The position numbers and the translations under genes are program-made. Below the pieces are notes generated by a model. It did no database searches. It was not told the origin of the DNA and saw only the letters and a list, made by a program, of their open reading frames with translations. This document shows positions 1-13,702 of a stretch of DNA of 64,000 bases, piece after piece. The stretch's first letter is position 1. Every line of letters begins with the position of its first letter. Origin of the DNA: Tubulanus polymorphus (taxonomy: Eukaryota > Animalia > Nemertea); the NCBI RefSeq assembly GCF_964204645.1, contig NC_134025.1:16343101-16407100 (forward strand), read 5' to 3'.

Positions 1-3000
1 TGTACACTCATTAGGATGTCTCTCGGTGGTGCTAGACAAAAGCGGATAACGACTGACTTTGAACAGTTCCGAAAAACAAAGAAATCGGTCATCAGTATAA
101 ATAATGATGACGATTTATGCCTAGCGAGGGCGCTAGTCGTGGCGAAGGCGCGAGCCGATAATGACCCTCGTTATAACATAATTCGTAAATGCGAAAAATC
201 ACCGCAACGAGAAGCCGCTCTCGCATTGCACCAGGCGACAGGAGTCCCCACCGGCAAGTGTGGAATCCCCGAGCTGGACAAAATGGTGAAGGCTAAACTT
301 GACGATTATTATGTTTTAGTGGTGACTGGAGACAATAACGCATACCACGTATTGTACGAAAACGATAAAAAAAATATTAACCCAGGATTCGAATGCGAAG
401 AAAATAAGCCTTTTATACACGAATGGCCACTTCGACGTCGTATCGTCAATGGCTGCATTTACGTGTCGTGTATATTTCTGTTTCTCGTGTAAAAAAGGAT
501 ATAATACAGCCGAAGCGCATCGTTGTAATGACAAATGTTCCTTATGTCGTGGCAATTGCGCTCGAGAACAGAGGGGCAATTATTTTTGCAATCGTTGCAA
601 TATGTACTATAAATCGGAAGCGTGTTTTGCCAATCATTTAAGACCTTTGGCAACGGGTCAAAGCCTTTGTAATTCGCGGGCACGGTGTATGCGTTGTGGC
701 TCTATTATTCCCCGATCGAAACTGGATCCTAAATTACACGATTGCGGTAAAAAGTATTGTTCCTCGTGTAAAGAAAAGCTACCTATAGGCCATCTTTGTT
801 ATATTGGGGTGACAAAAGGTCAGGAGCACGTGGTCCCCGAAGGCGATAAAAACACGCATCAATTAATCAATCCTTATTTAGACGCGAAAAGCGAAGAATT
901 CAAAATTAGAAAATTTATAGCGTTTGATTTCGAAACGACTACTGTGGATTCGAACCACGTTGTAGTATTAGGTATAGCACACAGAACGTGTCAAATGTGT
1001 AAATGGTCAAGGCGTACTCCAGACTCGTCATGCGACCATTGCGGTAAACACGAACACGTGTTCAAGTCGGATATCGATTTCTGCAAATGGCTGTTTACTG
1101 AGGAGAATAAGGGTTCCACTGTTTTTGCGCACAATTTTCAATCGTTTGACGGCTATTTTATTTTAAGATATTTGGTTTCGCAAGGCATACTACCGGACAT
1201 AGTACCAAACGGTGGTAAAATTATGACGATGTCTATCCAACATTTGGACATTAAATTTTTGGATACTTTGAATTTCCTACCTATGAAACTTGGTAAATTA
1301 CCGGAAACATTAGGTATTCCGGAATTGAAAAAGGGTTATTTTCCGTACACTTTTTGTACTGGAAAAAATATGAATTATGTAGGACCGATTCCGGATTTAC
1401 ATTATTATAATCCTGATGGCATGAGTTCCAGCGAGAGGAACGAATTTGTAAAGTGGCATACAGAGCGCCGGTCTGAAAATTTCGTTTTTGATATGCAACA
1501 CGAGTTGATAGGGTATTGTCGGTCCGATGTTGACATATTAATGCAATCGGTCATTAATTTCCAACATCAATTCTTTGCACTTACTTCAGTCGATCCTTTT
1601 AGAAATTCAATTACCATTGCGTCGGCATGCAATCTAGCGTTAAGAACAAATTTCCTAAAATCGGAAACAATTGGCTTAATACCCCCAGGCGGTTATAGAC
1701 CCAATGCTAAGTTTTCAAAAATGAGCATCCGTTGGTTAAGATGGCTATCTGAAAATAATGATATTCGAATTCAACATGCGTTGGATGGCGGTGAAGTAAC
1801 TATTGACCGCTATAAAGTGGATGGTTACCACGCCGAATCAAACACCGTGTATGAATTTCATGGCTGTCTGTACCACGGATGCCCTAAATGTTTTAAAAAT
1901 TCAGATATGCAGTCGCCGGTGCGGCCCGATAAAAAATTTGGTGAACTTTATCAGGCTACGTTAGAAAAGAGTGCAAAGATTAGGGCCCTTGGATATAATT
2001 TGGTGGAATTTTGGGAACACGAATATTGTAACTTGGTGAAAGAAAACCGTGTTTTTGCCGATTTTGTAAAAGAAGTAGATATTTCTGACCCGTTATTACC
2101 GCGTGACGCATTTTTCGGCGGTCGAACTAATGCAATCAAAATCTATCATAAGGCCGAAGATGATGAAAAAATTAAATATATTGACATATGTTCGCTATAC
2201 CCGTACGTTAATAGTCGTTGTAGCTATCCAATAGGTCACCCAACAGTTATAACTGAAAATTTCGGTGATATCAAAGATTATTACGGGTTGATTAAATGCC
2301 GAATTTTACCACCTCGGGGCTTATATTTACCCATCCTTCCATACAGAGCCAATGGCAAATTATCCTTTCCTTTGTGTCGCTCGTGCGCTGAAGATAGTAA
2401 TCAACGCGAAAGGTGTCGCCACTCGGAAGACGAACGTGCTATTACCGGAACGTGGGTCAGTTTAGAGATCCAAAAAGCCGTTGAATTGGGATACCGTATT
2501 ATCGGTATATTCGAAATTTGGAATGGTGAACGTAGCGAAACCGGATTATTTGCAGACTATATAGGAAAATTTCTAAAAGTAAAAACCGAAGTTAGCGGGT
2601 GGCCATCTCCCGATATGACTCGCGCCGAAAAAGACCAATTTCTATCCGATTATTTCGAGCGCGAGGGTATCCGTCTCGAAGAAAATAACATAAAGAAGGC
2701 GAAGGGCATGCAAACTGTCGCCAAACTATGTTTAAATAGCATGTGGGGTAAACTCGGTCAAAATGAAAACAAAACCACTGCTAAATATATTTCAGACCCC
2801 GGTGAAATGTACAGCATGCTTTTAGACGATAGTTTGGAGACACAAGATTTACTGTTGGGTAACGAAGAGGTGTTAAGGGTGCACTACAGAAAACGCAACG
2901 AATTTGTCGAATCCTCCGGTAAAACTAGCGTCGCCTTAGCCGCGTTCACAACGGCGCATGCTCGACTAATTCTCTATAGTTATATGGAGAAACTAGGGGA

Positions 3001-3457
3001 TCGAACCCTTTACACGGATACCGACTCAATCATTTACACAGTTAAACCTGATCAATGGGTTCCGCCAACTGGAAACTTTTTAGGGGATATGACCGATGAG
3101 TTGGCAGATAAATACGGAGATGGTGCCTATATTTTGGAATTCGTTTCGGCCGGTCCGAAAAACTATGCATTCCGTGTTTTCAGTCCGCGTGACAATAAAT
3201 TCTCATCGGAATGCAAAGTGAAAGGAATTAATTTGAATTTTAGAAATAAACAAATAGTCAACTTTAAATCAATGGTTGATATTATAGTCGGTGAAAAATA
3301 CGATCATTTGTACGTTTCCATTCCAAACAAGATAAATCGAGACATCAAAAAATGTTCCATATTTAATAGAGACGAGCGAAAAATATATCGCGCCGTATAC
3401 ACTAAAAGGGCTTTTGATCCAACGAACATATTTAACACGCTTCCCTACGGTTTTTAG
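1..3457 (+). CDS. Protein-primed family B DNA polymerase (vOTU-like region, exonuclease, VSR-like nuclease insert); one frameshift at the A8 run 367-374
   Basis: Motifs INNDDDLCLARAL, FDFET, HNFQSFDG, VDGY..YEFHGCLYHGC, DICSLYP, KLCLNSMWGK, YTDTDS. Removing one A at 367-374 joins ORF 16-492 to ORF 449-3457 through LLYTNGHFDVVSSM. Confidence 0.93.
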
Positions 3458-3893
3458 ATACGCGTTTTATTATTCTCCTCTAGTCACCACTATTTTTTCG
3501 AATTTAAATAATGAATTTTTTTGTACATTTACTATTTATATAGAATATTTATCCTTTACTAATATAATAAAGTTTATCAAATATTATGTTAAATTGAACA
3601 TCGTTATTCCTTTATTGATATGTTAATTATCATAGTCGCTTTGGATTACACTAAAGGATGGAATTTGATCGTGTAGATAAGGCCAACAATGAGAGGATTG
3701 ATTGATAGGCAATTGATGGAATCATGCTACAGACAGTCGACATATCGAAATGACTGAACTTTAAGGGAATGAATGACCGACGAAACAATGACAAAGACAA
3801 TTGACTTCTATTGACACACGTTTATTTTCATTTAATCGTGGATAATAAAGTCAGAACAACAATACATATTATTAGACCGTTAATTAAACGTAT

Positions 3894-4731
3894 TTATTTA
3901 TTCTTACTGGGAGCGTATGCGGAATATTCTGGAGCATTACGAACTCCGCTAGTGTCCTTTGCGCAGTATGCGCATCTATATTCTTGATTTTGATGACTTT
4001 GTTCGTACCAACACGGTTTCATATCGGATAGTTCGGGTACATCGTCGCTAAAATTAATGTCTTTTAATTTCTTCCACTGAGAGAGAGATAATTTTACACC
4101 TTTTCTAGAAGGTACGGTTTCGCCTTTCGCATCGCATAGTATATAGAACCGTATATCGATGTATACACGACTATTATGACTAGAACGATAGATTTTAATA
4201 AAGTTCGAACGACCGATAGTCATAACTCCCACATATCCCGCTTGTTGTTTGACTCGCTCAATTTCGTGTTCGATATCGGATTTACAGTAGTCGATATGTA
4301 CCCACTCTTGCAAATCTAACGCGATACCGTTTTTAGTCGGGTATAACTGGTGCTTCCGGTCGCAGCACTCGTATGTCCTGAGATCGATACGTTTTGAACC
4401 CTGCCATGTTTTCACGCACGCGTAAACGAGTTGTCCTAAATAATGAGGATCGGGTTGACCATCTGACGATGTGACGGTTTTCATTGACTGAGGCGTATCG
4501 ACGGCGTTATCATTAACGATTGAGTCTATAGAAAATAAAGTTACGAAATTAAGTATTTAGAACATACATACATCATTTTACGAAATATTGTCTCGAAACA
4601 GAAATAGACTTACCGAAATTAAGTTTGAGATGAACCGGTTTCCTTTTCCTATATGCGGGTGAAAGCTTCGCTTTTTTAGGAGAACTACATATTTTTAAAC
4701 TACATGTGCTTCGGCCGCTTGGTGAATCCAT
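3894..4731 (-). CDS. Tandem PC4-like ssDNA-binding protein, two exons (4731-4614, 4525-3894)
   Basis: Two PC4-like repeats (IDLRTYE..PTKNGIALDLQEW; IDIRFY..PSRKGVKLSLSQW). A GTAAGT..TTTTCTATAG intron at 4613-4526 joins a basic exon 1 (PKKAKL..RKRK) in frame. Confidence 0.75.
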
Positions 4732-4928
4732 GATATCCGCGATAGTCGATGTGAAGAGATCCGATGTTAACCGCCCGAAGTCTCCGAGTTAAATGACGTC
4801 TAAACATGATTTATATCGCGTTTTTATTGTCCACAAATATCAGGCCCGAACACGTTTTATGGCTTCGCTTTATTGTTATCGATATTCTCGCCCAAACACG
4901 TTTTCCCCCACCAACATGATGTAATCAA

Positions 4929-4972
4929 TGACGTCATCCATGACGTCATCCATGACGTCAGCGATGACGTCA
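4929..4972. promoter_or_regulatory. Four CRE/ATF palindromes (TGACGTCA) at 12-bp spacing near the Maverick terminus
   Basis: TGACGTCA at 4929, 4941, 4953 and 4965, followed by CTCCTCA repeats. Confidence 0.7.
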
Positions 4973-5030
4973 TTGCTCCTCACTGCTCCTCACTCCTCAC
5001 TCGGTCCCAAAGTGACCCTATATAACTACT

Positions 5031-6401
5031 CCTATAGCGTATGTGTTAGATATTTCGGGTTGGATTTATCTACTCCGATAGCTTTTTTATACAGTTGGTG
5101 ACACTTGCGTGAACATTTGTTTAATCCATATGTCATCCACGGTTCCTTAATATCTATTCTAAAATTTATAGAACTTTCTGGTGCATGATGCTCTAATACG
5201 TTATATATTTCATTCATTAGCAATTCGCACGCTGAATTCGTATCCAAATGATATACATAGGAAAAATTCGCTACAGATAAAGATTCAATAATGTTTTGTA
5301 ATTTATAGTTATTCAAATTCCGTGATTTTATTGGGCAGATATTTTTCTTTTTTGGAGGATTTTTAATAGATACTAAACACGGAAAGTGATCGGAAATATC
5401 TGATATAATGATACAGGAGTAAACCTGTCCTTTCATATAAGTATCAATATAAATATTGTCAATGAGTGCCGCTGTACTTGTTTTGCTTTAGTGAATATGT
5501 TATTGTAATCATTAATGAATTGCGTTTCATTAGTACCCGGTATTCGGTATATGTCCCCAATAATTATGTTATTATATTCAATGAATATTGATTCAAACTA
5601 GGAATGGTGGAGCGGTGTGGCCGACTGGTTAGAGCGTTCGACTCTGGGAAGCCAGGTCGTGGGTTCGAACCCCGTACATTGCCGTAGTGTCCTCGGGCAA
5701 GACACTTATCCTCATTGCCTCTCTCCACCCAGGAGTAAATGGGTACCTGGCTCTGATAGTAATGGCTCTGATAGATGACTCCTGAGCGCCTAGCAGCTGC
5801 TCGGATGTTACCTCTCCCCAGGGAGAGATGACTGATACATGGAATAGAGTTATAGGCTGGGGGTAATAATACCAAGTTTAGAGCGCATTTGAACATGACT
5901 CTAGTTTGGATACCTGCGATATATAAATGTCAATTATTATTATTATTATTATTATTCAAACTGCCCTTGTTTGAAAATATTTAGATCATTTCTTTCTATA
6001 AATGACAGCTCATTTTTTATAAAGATGGCTACACCTCCACCAGTTTGACCTTGCCGATGTTGTTCAATTAGGCTAAAACCTGGGATGCGACATTTACACT
6101 TGTTTCTGTCAGTAATTGAACTTTCACATAACAAAATAATATGTATCTTACAATTTTGTGATTTACAATTTGCTATTAAATTTCCAAGTTGATCGATTTT
6201 ATTTGCTAGCCCACGGATATTGAATTGTAAAATATTTAGTCCATTCTTGTTAGTGTCGAGACAATTGATATTATCAATATCTGGACAATTATTAGATTGT
6301 AGCATTTCATCTGACTTGTCATTTAAACAAAAGTTTTCGTTGTTTAGTATAGTAGTAATTCGTTCTAGTCCATTTATATTTCGGGTTTTCTGTTTCTTCA
6401 C
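5031..6401 (-). mobile_element. Degraded CR1/L2-like LINE ORF2, APE endonuclease region
   Basis: LNILQFNIRGL, IILLCES, GGGVAIFIK, FESIFIE (across the SINE), IDNI, ISDHFP, EPWMT motifs; truncated by the Maverick at 5030. Confidence 0.82.
5600..5953 (+). mobile_element. tRNA-derived SINE with CORE-like central domain
   Basis: Box A TGGCCGACTGG, box B GGTTCGAACCC, GTGTCCTCGGGCAAGACACTT..GTAAATGGGTAC segment, (TTA)n tail, TSD ATTCAAACT at 5591-5599 and 5954-5962. Confidence 0.88.
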
Positions 6402-6425
6402 AGAAAACCCTATTGAAATTCGCGT

Positions 6426-6536
6426 GATTATTAGGGTTTCTGCTGCCTCGGCAGAAGCTCTATTGGATTCCTGCTGATTATTATTAGGGTTTCTGCTGCC
6501 TCGGCAGAAACCCTATTGGATTCCTGCTGATTATTA
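6426..6536 (+). repeat. ~54-bp tandem duplication, each unit with a hairpin; possibly a Helentron/HINE 5' end
   Basis: Two copies of ATTAGGGTTTCTGCTGCCTCGGCAGAARCYCTATTGGATTCCTGCTGATT. Confidence 0.55.
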
Positions 6537-6856
6537 TTTTAACATATTTTCCACTGAGTTTCGTCACAAAAAAATCATCTTCTATTAGATTTGACTACTT
6601 ACAACAACGAAATGTTAAACTCTGATAATAATATAACAGTCTCTTCCTGCGCGTAGTTTCTATGGATGTACTGTGCTTCCTATTTTAAACTTGAAGTTAC
6701 TTAAAGATAACACCGGTGGAAATAGCAATCATTAATCATGCCGCGCATACTGGCGCGAATCTGAAAGTTTGTGACGTCAATTCATAAATAAATAAAGAAG
6801 GAATGCTCCGAGAATATCCAAATCACAGGTTACTGTGAATAACTAGGGTTCGACCA

Positions 6857-7516
6857 TTAAAACATCAACCCATTTAAAAGTATTATTTGCTGTAATATAT
6901 TTCCACATTCTTGTTCTAATATTCTATTAAATCGTTCAACAACTGCTGCTTTTTTATCCGATTTTGTTGAAAGATATTTAATATTATGATAATCCAAGAG
7001 TTCATGAACAGATGAATTATCAAATTTTTTTCCATCATCAAATTGCATTTTATTCTGGCTTTATTTTACCACCTGAAAGAAATTTTCTTAAAACATTTGA
7101 TGTTTGTACAGCATATTTACTATTAAGTGGGAAGCTCCATACATAACGACTACAAATATCAATCATATTCAATATCCACCAATAATCATCATTATCTTTC
7201 TAAACATTTTTCATATCAATTAAATCTCCTTGCCCCCCCCCCCCCCACTGTTGATCTACATAACTTACCATAGTTTTACGAGTTTTACATTTTCTAACAA
7301 TTTTTTTATGCGTTGTATATGTTGGTTGTTCTAACATAAAATCATTTATATCTTTATATTTAACTAAATTTTGTGGGATTATCTTATCTAACTTATCTTG
7401 TTTTACTTGAGGCCATATATTTTTGGTAGAAGAATATGCAACCGAACTCTCAGGGTTATAATATAAATTTCTTAAATATTGTTCTTTAGTATTTCGAGTT
7501 TTTTTTTATCCCCCAT
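6857..7516 (-). pseudogene. Retroviral-type (rve) integrase, frameshifted and truncated
   Basis: QYLRNLYYNPES, QFDDGKKF, KKAAVVERFNR; similar to 48308-49426. Confidence 0.85.
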
Positions 7517-7547
7517 TTATATATCGTTAATCCTAACTTTATATTTT

Positions 7548-8787
7548 TAATATTGAATATCATGTAGTTGAGAATTTTCAATATTTAATTGCGCATCAGA
7601 TATAAGATAAATTTTGAAATTTAAACTTCCTTTTTCCTTTTTCATGAATAATTGTATTCCATCTTTTGTATTTTGTAGTTTTTTCCCAGAACCATGTAAT
7701 AAATTATCCTCTGTTGTTCTAAAATCTGATCATAATGCATATTTATTACCGGTATAATAATCAATTTGATTAATATTACAATTTTCAAATGATTTTACTT
7801 TTTCATTCATAAAATGTTTTCTAATTTCTGGCCATTGATCAATCATTCTCATTCCTTGGCAAAATATTTTATTTGCTATACCTTTAATAGTTATTTCTAC
7901 TTTTGTTATTTCAGGATTATAATAATTATCTACCTTTATTGCGCCATTAGAATATATTGCAATGGTAAAAAATATTAATACACCTTTAATAGATCTTCTT
8001 GGGAAGTTAATATTCTCATTAATTATTTCATCATTTGCACTTAAGGTTACAATTTTAAATTTTTGAATATAATCATATAATAATGAAAATCCTTCATGAT
8101 ATTGAGTTTGAATTGTGCTCGCAATATTTTCATCAGTTACTGTGTCATATTCTACACATATATTCGATAATTTATGACCCATATCTTTAACTACACTTGA
8201 TAATACAATTTCATTAACAGGAGCAAATGTTATCTCGAATATAATATCTTCTTGAATTGCGTATTTATATAAAGGTGCATTATTATTTATCAATTCAAAG
8301 TCTTATGGAATTTTATATTTGCTTCCATAAATCTTTTTTATCAAATTATCTTTAGCATTAGTTATTATTGCATTATTAGCTTCTGATCTTAATTTATTAT
8401 GGTTTTTTGATTGGATGCCTTGAAATATTATATTATTTCTATTTTCTTTTGTTAACCATAAATCTTTGTAACGCATAAATAAATTATAATCATCTAATGA
8501 GAAAACTGTTTTTGGTCCAATCTTTATAGTTAGTTTTTAATTAAATATCTCCCAACAGTATCAACAACATAATTATTATTATTACCAGTTACATTTATAT
8601 CAGCTGACAAATAAATACTATTTGGAACATAAAACGTATTTTCTGTTAATCTCGGGATTCTAACATATATAGTTTCATCAGGATTAATATTAGAAGGATT
8701 ATGAGTAATTATATGATGAGATATCTCTGCTTTAATAGCATTAGATATTCTAGAATTCTTAGAAGGATTTATATATCTCCTACTCAT
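7548..8787 (-). pseudogene. Major capsid protein (probable double jelly-roll), copy A
   Basis: Fragments 8530-8787 and 7730-8293 are homologous to 45126-46370; beta-rich, about 410 codons in total. Confidence 0.68.
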
Positions 8788-8803
8788 TTATTTAACAAAA
8801 AAA

Positions 8804-10246
8804 TTAACATTTATTTTTTATCATATTCACTAACCCAAAAACAATAGCGCTAACAATTGTAATTAAAAATAAAATAATATGTTCAGCAGCAAAACTAAGA
8901 ATATTTCCAGCAGATTTTACTACAAAACCAACAATTGATGCTATAACTCCGGGTAAAGCTGCAGCAGATTTTTTAGATAGTTCCCATAGATATTTTGCTA
9001 ATTTATTAAAACCATCTTTAACTTTATCTTGTATAGAATTATTATGACTTGGAGGTTTATCCGGTTTATTGGGTGTAGGCGTAGATTTTGATGAATTTGA
9101 AATAGCTAAACCAATTGTTGTAAATAACATAGTTACAGCTGTTAGAATTGAAAGAATTGTTATACCTTCTAGTTTAAACAATAATTTTATTCTATCTTTC
9201 AATGATATTTCAGAATTTGGTTTTATCAACAAATCTTAAAAAATAGCTTTTAATCTATTAATATTAAAAATCGTATGATTTTTTTAATAATTTTATTTCT
9301 TCTTCCTGTAATTTTATATTATATTCTAAATCATCTTTTTCTTTTTCTAAATATGCATTTCTTTTTTTAAATTCAATTTCTTCAATAACTTTATTATCTC
9401 TATCTAATTTTAATTGTTCTATTTTTTTAATTTTGTCAGTTCTATCTTTTTCTAAAGTTTTGAAATTCTTAAATCTCTTATACTTTTATCATGTGCAATT
9501 TTATCAGATGCAAGTCTTATACTAATAATTTCTCTAATTGCTTTATCAGAAAATATATCTAATTCTTCTAATTCTTGATCTGTTGCGTCAAGAAATCCAT
9601 TCGGTAAAAGTTTTTCAATTGGAACTTTATTTGATTTAAGTTTACTACTTTTGGAAGTAATATTCTGTTCAGAAGTTACTTCTGGTTCTAAATTATTATT
9701 GATTATTTCGAAAAATTCATTAATTCTTTGTTTAAATACTCTTTTATTTTGATTTATTTCTGTGTCGGTAACATTTTCTATTTCATTACTATTACTTATT
9801 CTTTTAATTCTAAATGATTCTAAATTACTCAAAGTTTATTCTGCTAATATTTTGTTTTGACTTTTATAAGTGATATTAATATAATAATCACCTTTCAAAT
9901 GATAGTAATATTCACCATCTAAACATTTTAATTCTTGTACTAAATATCTGGCACCTCTATCATTTATATTATATCCAGATTTTTTAAATATAGTTTTAAA
10001 ATTATTTATATATTCATTATATTCTAAATTCTGTCTTACTAAATCTGGATTTTCATTTTCAATATTTATTCTCCGTCCAGCTCTTCTATCAAAATCGCCT
10101 GTTGATATTATATTATCATTAAAACCACTATCTGCTAAATTATTATTATATTCTGGCTCATTACCGTCATTAAGACTTGTTTCATTAAAATCAGGCGGAT
10201 GTTCTTCAGTATTCATTCCAATGTCTTCTCCACCATCTACATCCAT
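8804..10246 (-). pseudogene. Coiled-coil protein with C-terminal membrane segments, copy A
   Basis: Three fragments homologous to 43521-45100. Confidence 0.7.
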
Positions 10247-10268
10247 TTATATAATAAAAAAATTAAAA

Positions 10269-11650
10269 TTAAAAATAAAATATTCCTCCTATTACAATTC
10301 CTATACAAGTAATAGCTAATTTAGTAATTTCATGTGATTTATTATCATTATTACTTATTATTTTCATTATTTCATGTTGAATATTATCAGTTTTTATATT
10401 TTCTGTAGTATTGTAATCTTTTATTTTAGAATCATTATCCAATTTAATATTTTTAGTTTCTGTTGATTGAATACGTTTTTTAATTTTTTCACCTTCCATT
10501 AGTTTTGGAGCAGTAATAATCTTTTTATTTATCTCATTTAATCCAAACTTATTATTTATTGTTGCAGTTTTAATTAGATTATTATAACCAATTATATTTC
10601 CCATTTTTAATATTAAATCATTTGAAATAATTAACAAATTAGGGCCTATACAATAATTAAATCTTACATGTGATTTATCTAAATAATTTTGATATTTTAC
10701 GATGTTTTCTGGAATCGATCTAATTTTATCATTATGAATAGAATCTTCAAATAAAACTTTAAATTGTTTTTGTGTATCAAATGATGTATTTAAATTTCCA
10801 ATTATTGGGGATCTTGTTTCAACTTGAGCGCCTAGTATGCAAATCAAATAAGTTCTAATTGATTGATTTATTCTTTGTATACCAGCTTTAGTAAAACCTT
10901 CACTATTTTCTAAAATAAGATAAACCCAACCATTATTGTTTTCTTGTTTTAAATTATCATAGAATTTCGGCAATTTATTCAAATTTAATGTTTCTAAATC
11001 CTTAGTTTCTATTTTACCATAACCTAATTTATTATTATAGATATTATAAAAACTATTAGATGGTATGGGAAGTGTGCAATATTGTAAAATATTTTCAGGA
11101 CAAGGAAGTGATCTTATTGTTCCACGTTTTGTTCTAAAATCAGAATTATTTATATCTATATTAAACTCATTACAAATTTTATAAAAGTTTGATAAATTAA
11201 TATTATTATCTAATTCTTTAAAATACCTAGATCCTGGTAAAGGGGTCTCTAATTCATTTAATATTAATCTTATTTGAAAATAAGTATGAAATCTAAATAA
11301 ACTTTGAATTAATTTATATTTTGAATTATTCAAATGATCATTCCAACTAATTCCACATCCTGTTGTTGCACAATAAACAGCAAAATTTAATTGGTTCTGC
11401 CAATATTTCATATCAGATTTTAATAACTATTGTTTTTCATCTTTCAATTTTTTTAAATTAATTAAGTATACATGAAATATATTTTCCATCTTTGCATTAA
11501 AATTATTAGTTTCAGTAACATAAATATCTAAATTAATTAATGAATTTAAAACTTCATTTCTATATGAAATATCTTTATTTAAAATCTATTGCAGGAGTAT
11601 TACATTTAATTGATTTATTATATTGGAAAGCATTTGGAAAACTATCTACA
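10269..11650 (-). pseudogene. Conserved unknown protein (WQNQLNFAVYCATTGCG) with C-terminal TM helix
   Basis: 380-aa ORF plus degraded 5' part; homologous to 42180-43500. Confidence 0.7.
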
Positions 11651-11669
11651 ATTTATATAATAAAAAAAT

Positions 11670-13643
11670 TAATAATTTATTAATTCTTTTAATAATTTAT
11701 CTTGTTCTTCAACTGTTATTTTACCATTTAAACTTAATCTAATCTAATCTTAATCTATAATCTAATGTAATGTATTTTTTAATTTATTAATTTCTTTTAA
11801 AAGATAGCTAAATGTTTTAATGGTGAGAGTAATGCTAGAAATGTTATTACAGAACTAATTTTAACTGAACTACTAATAATAAAATAACATATAATCGTAC
11901 TTTTTAAATATTTTTTCTTTTTAATTTTTAAATCATTTTCAAATTCTAATATTTGTTTTTCCAAATATAATTTTAATTTAGTTAGTTATTCATATCATGA
12001 GGAATAATATCAATATTATCAACTTTATCATCCATTTATTTAGAAAAGAAATTACTAATTAGTATATTTATAAGCAACAAATAATACAATAACTGTTCCA
12101 CTAAAATCCATATTATTTCATATTTTTGTTGTTCACTACTAGTAAAAAAATTACGCATTTATATAGGAGGAATATATTTTTGTTTTTCCAAATAATCAAT
12201 TGTTAAGTTAGATAAAGTTACTGCTAATGTTAATTTCAAAATATCATTGATATCAAATCTATCAACATTAACACTTCCTATTTTAAATACTTTCTTTTAA
12301 TACCATTGAATAAGCAACAGTTCCAACTGATAGTAATGCTCCATTATATAAACCAGTTATTATCCACTTATTATCATTCATTTATTAATCAAAAAAATTA
12401 CTATCTTCAAAATATTTAGTTATCTTAGTTATAATTATTTCAGCATTTATAATATTATTAGTTTCATTTTCATATATTTCAGTTATTATTTTTTTAATAT
12501 CATTAATCTTAATAAAATCTACATCTAATTCATAAAATCTTAAAGACTCTCTAATTAAATCAGTAATCTTTTCAACATTAAAAGTTTCTTTATTTATTGT
12601 TGTTTCATAATCAAATGTTGTTTCATTAGAAAATGTAATATTTTTGATATGAGTTATTACATCAAAAATATTAAATTTCATTTCTTTCTCGCGTTTGAAA
12701 TCAAATCCAAAACATATACTCGGTCCTACTGTTATATTCATTTATATAATGAAAAAATTATTCTTTACATCTTATAACTAATTCATAAATTACAGGTAAG
12801 TTATTCAAATCAATTAAATAACCATTATGATTTCTAACTTCTAATTTAAAATTATTAAAATGTGGAATACAAGGCTTAAAATCACATTCAGCTAAATTAT
12901 AATTTATTTGAGTTCCAAATTGTTTAACATTTTTTAATTAATGATAAATTTTTAATTAATCACTTTTTAAAAATATAATTCTAAATCCAGCAGATAATAA
13001 AGTAGCTCTTTTATTAATTTCTTGCGCTAATGTTTCTAAATCATATAATCCTGGTTTTAAAAGTAAAGTAAACCATTTATTCTTATTTCTATCTTAAATC
13101 ATTGTCTATGATCAATAGTTTTATCCGATAAATTGTAAAATGAGTTACATAAACTTACATATACTAATTTTAAATCTACGCAATTCTTAAATTCTCTATC
13201 TAATTGTACTAGTAAATTATGCGATTTAAAATTTAATAGTTTTCTAGAATCAACAAATATTCTATATTCTTTTAATGTATCTTGCATTTATTTTACTTAT
13301 TTTATTCGAAATCTATTTCATGGTGCCCTTTTTCATTCTTATCTTTATATATGAAATAGAAATCACCTGATCATGATTCTTCAATATCTTCACTAGATAA
13401 TCTATGAAATCTATCTGGTAAATATGTTCTGAATTTATATGTATTTCCTTTTAATCCTTCATATTCTAAGTGAATAACTAATTTATCTCCATATTTGTTA
13501 GTAACTGTATCAATATTTGTAATCAAATATTTCTTATGAATTTTTAATTCATTTAACTTCTTAAATTTATAATCTACAGATTTGACATTTGTAGTATCTT
13601 TGATTCTATTTAAGAATTCACTGTGTATTTGTTTACTCTCCAT
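11670..13643 (-). pseudogene. Copy A small-gene block: 2-TM protein, 73-aa hydrophobic protein, 118-aa protein (12385-12741 intact), deleted penton, 117-aa protein
   Basis: Direct similarity to 61122-63590. Confidence 0.75.
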
Positions 13644-13702
13644 TTTAATAACATATCTTTTATTGAAATTGATTTTAGAAGTTATTAGATGAATATTTTA
13701 AG

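Larger units (their letters stand above)
1..5030 (+). mobile_element. Maverick/Polinton family 1, right-hand part (left part outside window)
   Basis: Protein-primed PolB and PC4-like gene; ends in ...TATAACTACT at 5030 (reverse complement AGTAGT, the typical Polinton terminus); LINE sequence starts abruptly at 5031. Confidence 0.88.

Noticed and set aside
5608-5680. tRNA gene
   Set aside because: The tRNA-like head continues into a SINE body with (TTA)n tail and TSD.
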